Shown here one piece after another: positions 21,621-32,700 of a DNA stretch of 64,000 nt (position 1 is the stretch's first letter; each line of letters begins with the position of its first letter). The translations under genes and the position numbers were made by a program. The notes below the pieces were generated by a model. That model saw only the letters and a program-made list of their open reading frames with translations. It ran no database searches and was not told the DNA's origin. This DNA comes from Macrostomum lignano (Eukaryota), in assembly GCA_002269645.1 (NCBI GenBank), contig NIVC01002468.1:62001-126000 (forward strand), read 5' to 3'.

Positions 21621-22615
21621 ATGAACTATGACTAACATAGTTCGAGAAACTCGACCTAGCTCGTATTAAAGCTACGAGAAAAATTGAAAAAAAGAACTGC
21701 AAAATTTTCCTGATTTTGAAACTGAAGTAAATTCAAGGCATTTATTGTAATTAACAGCGATTAATTCATTTTAATATGACAAAATATATTTATAGCTTGA
21801 GTTAAGTGTTGATAAAGAAAATAATTAATAATTACAACTACTTTACTACAAGTAGTATAGTTTTAATTTGAAAAGGTACAAAAAATGTGCATTTGAAAAC
21901 ATGACTCGGGAGCTGGATAACGAATGGTTAATTACTTTATAAACGCGAGATAAAATGCAATATGTATTAGAAATAAAAATAATACCATTCATTATTATTG
22001 GTTGCTCCAATGGCATAAGAAATGGTTAAGTTTACAGTGTTTTAGGTGTATGAATTTTAGGTGTATTCGGTTAGATTCTTATAAAAAGCTTCAATAAGAC
22101 CACAGATACTAAAAAATCTAGATGGGCCACTCAACACATTTGCGTGTAAGCTACTGTCAGTTCAGTAGTAAATTAAACAAAAACATTTTAATGTAATTTT
22201 AAAGCCAAAGCTTATTTATTGGCTTCTCACCTACAGCCTAAACCGCCTTTCCTCACTCCCCCCGCCCCGCCCCAATTTTTATTGCCTTTCTCGGAATTCC
22301 ACCCTAAAGCTGCCATGTACATTTCAGTGGACTGGCTAATGTACATTATTGCTGAACCAATTAGCACTTTGTTTACGCCTGCTAGCTTGGGGTTTCTTAA
22401 CTTATCAAAGTCATTTTAGCTGTCTTATTTATAAAATAGCTTATGTATTCTTATTTGCTACTGAACTGAAAGTAGAAAGCTATTTTTCTAAGTATATATG
22501 CCTGTGTGGCTCATCTAGTTATTTTAGAATCTGTGAATAAGACTATTGGGGGTTTAAGAAATATGCTGAAGTTAGAAGTACAATATTGAAATATGTCACA
22601 GTTCTTGAGAAATAG

Positions 22616-25600
22616 TTAGCCTGGCACACTCACCCTATAGTCCAGTCGAACTTTCATATGCCGCCTGACAATATCGGCGTACAGAGACCGACCAACAAGC
22701 CCGTATCCAGTCGCTAACAAGCCTTCAATCAGGTCGTCATAGCAACCAATCTTAGTTGGCACGCTAAGCAGATCTAAGCCGAGCTCCAATCCCATGCCGG
22801 GATCGCCTTCGTCGTTAGCAAATTGAACCAGAGTGACCAGCTCGTCCACTGGTTCCAGCAGAGTCAGGCGAGTCTGCTTATCAGACTCCGAGTCGCATTT
22901 CGCGGCTATTTGAGTGAGCAGTTTACGCAAGCTGGCATCAGTCTCGGGCAGTTCTCTGTAGCCTACACCGTCGCTAGATAAGCGAACGCACAGGCCAAGT
23001 CCGTTCAAAGTGGGAGCTACAACAGTGTATGACCCGCTGGTCTTCTTGGCTCGAGAACGGCACTTGACAACCTTTGACATTTCGGCGGCCGACGGTACGG
23101 GCTGATGACAGAATTTGGCCAGCTTACTGATCAGCTGGTTCTGCTGTTGGATTGCTTGAGCACTGAGGGACTTCTTGCAGCGGCGTTGGGCGTGGAGACT
23201 GAAAGAGTTTTGATGAGGCGAGGATCAACTCCAAGGCATAGGGTGTACATGCCTGACGATTAGAATGTACACCCTGAGTGTGTGCGTGTATGAGTGCGTG
23301 CCTGTATTAGCATTCCTCATCCCTGATTGTAGGGAATCCCCATCCCTGATTGTAGGGAATCATTGTTCCTGATTGTAGGGAATCCCCATCCCTGATTGTA
23401 GGGAATCCCAATCCCTGATTGTAGGGAATCCCAATCCCTGATTGTAGGGAATCATTGTCCCTGATTGTAGGGAATCCCCATCCCTGATTGTAGGGAATCA
23501 TTGTCCCTGATTGTAGGGAATCCCCATCCCTGATTGTGGGGAATCCCCATACCTGATTGTAGAGAATCCTTGTTCCTGACTGCAGGGAATCCCCATCGCT
23601 GATTGTAGGGAGTCCCCATCCCTGATTGTGGGGAATCCCCATCCCTGATTGTAGGGAATCCCCATCACTGATTGTGGGGAATCCCCATCCCTAATTGTAG
23701 GGAATCTCCATCCCTGATTGTAGGGAATCCCCATACCTGATTGTAGAGAATCCTTGTTCCTGACTGCAGGGAATCCCCATCGCTGATTGTGGGGAGTCCC
23801 CATCCCTGATTGTGGGGAATCCCCATCCCTGATTGTAGGGAATCCCCATCTCTGATTGTAGGGAATCCCCATCCCTGATTGTAGGGAATCCCCATCCCTG
23901 ATTGTAGGGAATACCCATCCCTGATTGTAGGGAATCCCATCCCTGATTGTAGGGAATCCCCATCCCTGATTGTAGGGAATCCCCATCCCTGATTGTAGGG
24001 AATCCCCATCCCTGATTGTAGGGATTCCCCATCCCTGATTGTAGGGATTCCCCATCCCTGATTGTAGGGATTCTCCATCCCTGATTGTAGGGATTCCCCA
24101 TCCCTGATTGTAGGGATTCCCCATCCCTGATTGTAGGAATTCCCCATCCCTGATTGTAGGGAATCCCCATACCTGATTGTAGGGAATCATTGTTCCTGAT
24201 TGTAGGGAATCCCCATTCCTGATTGTAGGGAATCCCCATTCCTGATTGTGGGGAATCCCCATACCTGATTGTAGGGAATCATTGTTCCTGATTGTAGGGA
24301 ATCCCCATCCCTGATTGTGGGGAATACCCATCCCTGATTGTAGGGAATCCTTGTTCCTGACTGTAGGGAATCACCATTCCCGAATATAAATCGCCACAAA
24401 GAAATCACTCACGCCAGACAGTACAAAATAGACTCGCCCATCAAGTCAAAGTGGCCATCAACTCTAGCACTATTTGAGGCCAAACAAGCCGGCTCCAATT
24501 CTGGCGAATCCCTCACGTAGCCGATGTGAAACTCTTTCTGATCACCTTCATTGGCGTCGTCAATAGCAACGAATAGAGTGAGAAACTCAGGTGGATCATG
24601 AGCATAGCGACAGTGAGTTAGCCAATCGTATTCCAGCACAGTTGCTTTATCATTGCTGCTGCTAGCGGCTCCGTAGCAGAGAAGAAAGTCGAACGGGCCG
24701 CACGGTTCAATGCCCAGAGGACGAAGAGTGGACTTGAACCGGTCGGCTGCGTTTTTGTGGGCACCTGTGCTGCAGACATGTGCAGTGCGATTTTATATCA
24801 ATATTTATGAACTGTTATGCCACTCTGTGTACTTTATGTGACTGAGGTTGATCAAGAGTGACCGAGATTGATCTAGAGTGACCGAGATTGATCTAGAGTG
24901 ACTGAGAATGATGTAGAGTGACCGAGATTGATCTAGAGTGACTGAGAATGATGTAGAGTGACTGAGATTGATCTAGAGTGACCGAGATTGATCTAGAGTG
25001 ACCGAGATTGATCTAGAGTGACTGAGAATGATGTAGAGTGACCGAGATTGATCTAGAGTGACTGAGAATGATGTAGAGTGACTGAGATTGATCTAGAGTG
25101 ACTGAGAATGATGTAGAGTGACCGAGATTGATCTAGAGTGACTGAGAATGATGTAGAGTGACTGAGATTGATCTAGAGTGACTGAGAATGATGTAGAGTG
25201 ACCGAGATTGATCTAGAGTGACTGAGATTGATCTAGAGTGACCGAGATTGATCTAGAGTGACTGAGATTGATCTAGAGTAAAAGATATTGATCTAGAGTG
25301 ACTGAGATTGATCTAGAGTGACCGAGATTGATCTAGAGTGACCGATATTGATCTAGAGTGACTGAGATAGATCTAGAGTGACTGAGATTGATCTAGAGTG
25401 AAAGATATTGATCTAGAGTGACCGAGATTGATCTAGAGTGACTGAGATAGATCTAGAGTGACTGAGATTGATCTAGAGTGAAAGATATTGATCTAGAGTG
25501 ACCGAGATTGATCTAGAGTGACCGAGATGAATCTAGAGTGACTGAGGTTGATCAAGAGTGACCGAGATTGATCTAGAGTGACCGGGATTGATCTAGAGTG

Positions 25601-26952
25601 ACCGAGAATTATCTAGAGTGACCGAGATTGATCTAGAGTAACTGAGATTGATCTAGAGTGACTGAGATTGATCTAGAGTGACTGAGATTGATCTAGAGTG
25701 ACCGAGATTGATCTAGAGTGACTAAGATTGATCTAGAGTAACTGAGATTGATCTAGGGTGATTGAGATTGATCTAGAGTGACTGGGATTGATCTAGAGTG
25801 AAAGATATTGATCTAGATTGACTGAGATTGATCTAGAGTGAAAGATATTGATCTAGATTGACTGAGATTGATCTAGAGTGACTGAGATTGATCTAGAGTG
25901 ACTGAGATTGATCTAGAGTGACCGAGATTGATCTAGAGTAACTGAGATTGATCTAGAGTGACTGAGATTGATCTAGAGTAACTGAGATTGATCTAGAGTG
26001 ACTGAGATTGATCTAGAGTGACTGAGATTGATCTAGAGTAACCGAGATTGATCTAGAGTGACTAAGATTGATCTAGAGTAACTGAGATTGATCTAGAGTG
26101 ACTGAGATTGATGTAGAGTGACTGAGATTGATCTAGAGTAACTGAGATTGATCTAGAGTGACTGAGATTGATATAGTGAGAGCGTGATATAGAGTGACTG
26201 AGATAGATATAGGGTGACTGAGATAGATCTAGAGTGACTGAGATTGATATAGTGAGAGCGTGATATAGAGTGACTGAGATAGATATAGGGTGACTGAGAT
26301 AGATCTAGAGTGACTGAGATTGATCTAGAGTAACTGAGATTGATCTAGAGTGACTGAGATAGATATAGGGTGACTGAGATGGATCTAGGGTGACTGAGAT
26401 AGATCTAGGGTGACTAAATGGTGACTGGATGATTCAGAGGTGACTAAGCTTGATCTAGAGTGACTGGATTAATCTAAGAGTGACTAGATGGCTCAGGAAA
26501 GTAACTGAGTTCAATCTATAGTGACTGAGGTCATTCAGGGGAGTGACTGAGGTGACTAAGGAAGAGCTGCCCTGAATCATGAGTGACTAACAATCGTGAA
26601 GTTAATAAGCGTTAATGTTTCAAAACCAGTCGGCCAGCCCTCACCCTCCATTAAGCTTATTGGCAGAGCAATCAACATTAATATCGCATTCAGCCAGGCA
26701 GAACTCGAACAGTTTGAGCAGCTCCTGCGGGAAACGGACTCCACCGTATGCGGCCTCAAGTGCTACAACAGCGGCAGAATCAATTGTTGGCAAATTGGTC
26801 ACAGCTATTGGCAGTGGAAACGGCAGAGTACGTGCCCTAATCCTACCACTAGCCCCATCCACATCTCGAGCTGCTCGTTTCGTCGAACCATTCTGAGCTT
26901 CCACCAAAGAAGCGTCACCGGCAGCTGAAGGTCTTTTTCGACCGCGCGGCAT
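22616..26952 (-). CDS. HPF1: Histone PARylation factor 1, 3 exons, 415 aa
   Basis: Exons 26952-26645, 24769-24413 and 23198-22616 (1248 nt), GT-AG, both introns phase 2. Family motifs RYAHDPPEF, FHIGYVRDSP, VGYRELPETD and QFANDEGDPGMGLELGLDL; basic N-terminus MPRGRKRP. Confidence 0.92.
23315..24385. repeat. 23-bp minisatellite in HPF1 intron 2
   Basis: Unit ATCCCTGATTGTAGGGAATCCCC, about 45 copies. Confidence 0.95.
24835..26560. repeat. 20-bp minisatellite in HPF1 intron 1
   Basis: Unit GATCTAGAGTGACTGAGATT, about 80 copies, degenerating towards 26400-26560. Confidence 0.95.
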
Positions 26953-27129
26953 TTTTTACTTTATAAACAAATAATTATAACATAAAAGTATGGCAGTTAT
27001 AAATCGTTTGAGTAATGAAGCTTTGGTGTTGATTTAAATTACCTAACCACAATAGCCTAGAGTATCCCACAGCTTTTGCGGATGCCACGGCCAATTCCTC
27101 AGGCAAGCTAATCGGATGTTACACCCTCC

Positions 27130-27806
27130 CTGAGGTCACTCAGGGGCACCACAACCCTTCCTAAGGTCACTTTCAGGGGCGCCACAACCCTCACTCAGGA
27201 CACTTTCAGGGGCGTCAAAACCCTTCCTCAGGTCACTTTCAGGTGCCACAACCCTTCCTAAGGTCACTTTCAGGGGCGCCACAACCCTCACTCAGGACAC
27301 TTTCAGGGGCGTCAAAACCCTTCCTCAGGTCACTTTCAGGTGCCACAACCCTTCCTGAGGTCACTTTCAGGTGCCACAACCCTTCCTGTGGTCACTTTCA
27401 GGGGCGCCAAAACCCTTCCTGAGGTCACTTTCAGGTGCCACAACCCTTCCTGAGGTCACTTTCAGGTGCCACAACCCTTCCTGAGGTCACTTTCAGGCGC
27501 CACAACCCTTACTGAGGTCACTTTCAGGCGCCACAACCCTTCCTCAGGTCACTTTCAGGGGCGCCACAACCCTTCTTCAGGTCAACTTTAGGGGCGCCAC
27601 AACCCTTCCTCAGGTCACTTTCAGAGGCGCCACAACCCTTCCTCAGGTCACTTTCAGGGGCGCCACAACCCTTCCTCAGGTCACTTTCAGGAGCGTCACA
27701 ACCCTTCCTCAGGTCACTTTCGGGGGCGCCACAACCCTTCCTCAGGTCATTTTCGGGGGCGCCACAACCCTTCTTAAGGTCACTTTCAGGGGCGCCACAA
27801 CCCTTA
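27130..27806. repeat. 33/30-bp minisatellite upstream of HPF1
   Basis: Unit CACAACCCTTCCTCAGGTCACTTTCAGGGGCGC. Confidence 0.92.
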
Positions 27807-28489
27807 CTCGCACCACCCTCCCTCAAAGCTCAAAGCTCACAAAGTTCAAAGGTCACTTGGGCAAGTCACCTTCGGCAAAGGTTACTTTTTACTTTAACTT
27901 TTGATGTTTTTTAAATTAAAAAAATACATTGAGTACCTAGTAAAAAGGCCAATTAGCAATAAATCTTTCAAAGTCAATTTGTAATTTTTTATTAGCAGAT
28001 AATTACAGATAAGCAATATGAATAATATTTAAATGATCAATAAAAGTATTTTATAGAAAAAATAATAACAAGATTTTAAGAGTGCGGCTCGATACGCACA
28101 TAGCAGTCAAATATAAAAAGCGACAGAAATTACACAAAAATATTGAGCTTTTTTGTACACAAAAGCTGGCTAAACGACACTGATGATATATTTTATATCG
28201 TGACAAGAAGTTTATTTCACACGAGAAAAACCTGCAAGAGATTAAGCCGTACAGGTAAGAGAAAGAGACTGCCTGGAAGGTGGGGTAGGTTAAGCTGTCC
28301 GCATAGTATGTGCGGAACACAAAATTTGTGATGTAAGTTAACAAATAGGGCGTGGTACACGATTTCTCAAAAAGGTTGATATACAAATTAATTTAAATAT
28401 TATTTACAAACAACGGGTGAACTACAGTTAAGAAGTATTTCTAGTCACAAATATTTGCAAAGGTAGTAGATGTAGACATTGGCTAGAGT

Positions 28490-29300
28490 AGCAATCCGTT
28501 CTTTTACATTCATCCATGATGTTGGCTAGATTAGCAATCCATTCTTTTACATTCATCGATGATGCTGGCTAGATTAGCAATCCATTCTATTCCTTCATCT
28601 ATGATGCTGGCTAGATTAGCAATCCATTCTATTCCTTCATCAATGATGCTGGCTAGATTAGCAATCCATTCTATTCCTTCATCTATGATGCTGGCTAGAT
28701 TAGCAATCCATTCTATTCCTTCATTAATGATGCTGGCTAGATTATCAATCCATTCTATTTCTTCATCAATGATGTTGGCTAGATTAGCAATCCATTCTAT
28801 TCCTTCATCCATGATGTTGGCTAGATTAGCAATCCATTCTTTTACATTCATCGATGATGCTGGCTAGATTAGCAATCCATTCTATTCCTTCATCCATTGT
28901 GTTGGCTAGATTAGCAATCCATTCTATTCCTTCATCCATTGCGTTGGCTAGATTAGCAATCCATTCTATTCCTTCATCAATGATGCTGGCTAGATTAGCA
29001 ATCCATTCTATTCCTTCATTAATGATGCTGGCTAGATTATCAATCCATTCTATTTCTTCATCAATGATGTTGGCTAGATTAGCAATCCATTCTATTCCTT
29101 CATCCATGATGTTGGCTAGATTAGCAATCCATTCTTTTACATTCATCGATGATGCTGGCTAGATTAGCAATCCATTCTATTCCTTCATCCATTGTGTTGG
29201 CTAGATTAGCAATCCATTCTATTCCTTCATCCATTGCGTTGGCTAGATTAGCAATCCATTCTATTCCTTCATCAATGATGCTGGCTAGATTAGCTATTAG
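28490..29300. repeat. 42-bp minisatellite with 295-bp higher-order repeat, downstream of CUL5
   Basis: Unit TAGCAATCCATTCTATTCCTTCATCAATGATGCTGGCTAGAT. The 295-bp period is seen at 28559/28854/29149. Reverse complement of the array at 35678-36635. Confidence 0.95.
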
Positions 29301-29750
29301 CCATTTTACTTTCCATCAAGAATCACGTGCATTTTAGATTATTCTACCCAGACAAAACAGTAAATAGACACTGTTGCAAAGTAACTTACACATTTTGTCA
29401 GTGATTAGCTGCAACCGCAGTATGCCTATGAAAGCCATCAAAAATAGAAAGCAGGTGTCAGTCAGTTAAAAAAAGCATGATCATTCTGTAAAACAAGGGA
29501 CACAAGTTAGAAAGTTCAACTGGTTACACTGATTCAGGGCCAACTGGTTTCCACTTTAAAACAATTACGTACTATCATTAGAAAATAGACCGATTTTCAT
29601 TGAAAAGTGCATAAATTATATCACTCGAAGCCGAAAAGACATGATCTGTTTTCTTCATCACTTCAACGTTGCGAAGAAAACGAAAAAAAACCTGTTAATT
29701 GCAATCGGATTTGTCTATTAAAAAATCTTAACGAAGTGAACGAAATTCCG

Positions 29751-32700
29751 TCAAGCTCGATAAATGTAAACGCTCATGTCGACCTCGTCGCGTCTTAAAT
29801 AGTCGTTCTGTATCATCCAGTCTATTTGTTCTTTGATCATCTTGCGGCTTGGCACAAACTGGCGAGCTAGTAGGCGGATTAACTCGCTGCAGAGTTCGGC
29901 GTTGTGCATCCGCTTGCGAGACTTCATTATGGTCACTATGGCCTCCTGGGGGATAGGGCGAAAGTTATTGTGAATACATGTGTGATTTGTGAAGCTGTAG
30001 TGAATGCCTGTGTGATTTGTGAAGCTGTAGTGAATGCCTGTGTGATTTGTGAAGCTGTAGTGAATGCATGTGTGATTAGTGAAGCTGTAGTGAATGTCTG
30101 TGTGATTTGTGAAGCTGTAGTGAATGCATGTGTGATTTTTGAAGCTGTAGTGAATACATGTGTGATTTGTGAAGCTGTAGTGAGTGTCTGTGTAATTTGT
30201 GAAGCTGTAGTGTCTGTGTGATTTGTGAAGCTGTAGTGAGTGTCTGTGTGATTTGTGAAGCTTTAGTGAACACCTGTGTGAGTTGTGAAGCTGTAGTGAA
30301 TGCCTGTGTGATTAGTGAAGCTGTAGTGAATGCCTGTGTGATTAGTGAAGCTGTAGTGAATGCCTGTGTGATTTGTGAAGCTGTAGTGAATGCATGTCTG
30401 ATTTGTGAAGCTGTAGTGAATGTCTGTGTGATTTGTGAAGCTGTAGTGAATGCATGTGTGATTAGTGAAGCTGTAGTGAATGTCTGTGTGATTTGTGAAG
30501 CTAAAGTAATAGCATGTGTGATTTGTGAAGCTGTAGTGAATGCATGTGTGATTAGTGAAGCTGTAGTGAATGCCTGTGTGATTTGTGAAGCTTTAGTGAA
30601 TGTCTGTGTGATTTGTGAAGCTAAAGTAATAGCATGTGTGATTTGTGAAGCTGTAGTGAATGCATGTGTGATTTGTGAAGCTGTAGTGAATGCATGTGTG
30701 ATTTGTGAAGCTGTAGTGAATGCCTGTGTGATTAGTGAAGCTGTAGTGAATGCCTGTGTGATTTGTGAAGCTTTAGTGAATGTCTGTGTGATTTGTGAAG
30801 CTAAAGTAATAGCATGTGTGATTTGTGAAGCTGTAGTGAATGCATGTGTGATTTGTGAAGCTGTAGTGAATGCATGTGTGATTTGTGAAGCTGTAGTGAA
30901 TGCCTGTGTGATTAGTGAAGCTGTAGTGAATGCCTGTGTGATTAGTGAAGCTGTAGTGAATGCCTGTGTGATTTGTGAAGCTTTAGTGAATGTCTGTGTG
31001 ATTTGTGAAGCTAAAGTAATAGCATGTGTGATTTGTGAAGCTGTAGTGAATGCCTGTGTGATTTGTGAAGCTTTAGTGAATGTCTGTGTGATTTGTGAAG
31101 CTAAAGTAATAGCATGTGTGATTAGTGAAGCTGTAGTGAATGCCTGTGTGATTTGTGAAGCTTTAGTGAATGTCTGTGTGATTTGTGAAGCTAAAGTAAT
31201 AGCATGTGTGATTTGTGAAGCTGTAGTGAATGCATGTGTGATTTGTGAAGCTGTAGTGAATGCATGTGTGATTTGTGAAGCTGTAGTGAATGCCTGTGTG
31301 ATTAGTGAAGCTGTAGTGAATGCCTGTGTGATTTGTGAAGCTTTAGTGAATGTCTGTGTGATTTGTGAAGCTAAAGTAATAGCATGTGTGATTTGTGAAG
31401 CTGTAGTGAATGCATGTGTGATTTGTGAAGCTGTAGTGAATGCATGTGTGATTTGTGAAGCTGTAGTGAATGCCTGTGTGATTAGTGAAGCTGTAGTGAA
31501 TGCCTGTGTGATTTGTGAAGCTTTAGTGAATGTCTGTGTGATTTGTGAAGCTAAAGTAATAGCATGTGTGATTTGTGAAGCTGTAGTGAATGCATGTGTG
31601 ATTTGTGAAGCTGTAGTGAATGCATGTGTGATTTGTGAAGCTGTAGTGAATGCCTGTGTGATTAGTGAAGCTGTAGTGAATGCCTGTGTGATTTGTGAAG
31701 CTTTAGTGAATGCCTGTGCCATTTGTGAAGCTGTAGTGAATGCCTGTGTGATTAGTGAAGCTGTAGTGAATGCCTGTGTGATTTGTGACTGCAGAGTGAC
31801 AATGAAGAGTAAAAACAGGAGTGACAAACTGCAGGGACAGTGAAGAGTGACAAACTACAGAGTGACTAAAGAGTGACAAACTAAAGGGACAGTGAAGAGT
31901 GAAAAACTGCAGTGACAGTGAAGAGTGACAGTAAAGAAAGCAGTGTGGCAGTAAAGAAGAGAAGAGTGAAAATGTGACAGTGAAAAATAATGTTTGTGAA
32001 CAGCCAATAACAGAGCACAGTCTTATTGTTACCTGCACCCGAAGCACCCGCAGGTGAACAATCTCTTCATTCTCTTCTTCGCGCACTTTCTCAGTCTGCA
32101 GCTGTAGCCGGCCAATCAAATTGAGCTTGCCGCGCTTCTGTACTTTTTTGTTTTTGCTGAAAATAATTTATAATGCATAATATTGTGTGTCATAATCTTT
32201 GCACATGGCATTCGATGAATATATTAGTCCATCTAGTTATGATCCTCTAAGCCACTGAAGTACAGGTAGCATTGGTAGAGGTACTTCAACCACATCTACA
32301 GTTCATTTACCATTTTACAAGTCTATCTACCGGTCCTGCTAATAATTTAGTTTCCCTACCTTTAAATACGTACTAAATTTTACCCTAACCTTCTCACCCC
32401 ACCCTAACTTTGCCCTACTTTATCTCTGAACCAAAGGTACCTTTATCTTACCCAAACCCTACCTAACCTAGCCTACCCGGCCTTACCCTTATCTCTCTTA
32501 TCCTACGTCCTCCATTCCCACTACCGTACCTTCCCTAATCTAACCTTACCCTACCCCCTACCCTACCCTACTCCAAACCTACTCTACTCCAACCTATCAT
32601 TTTCCAACCTACACTACTTCCTTTACCCTACCCTGTCTTTCATTTTTCAACAGAAACTATCTCCCCTACCCAACCAACCCTACCTCAACCAACCCTACCT

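Noticed and set aside
30076-31843. 583-aa and 541-aa ORFs on both strands (Cys/Val- or Thr/Ala-rich)
   Set aside because: They are the 30-bp array lying inside CUL5 intron 5, which is bounded by GT-AG with the cullin frame continuous across it.
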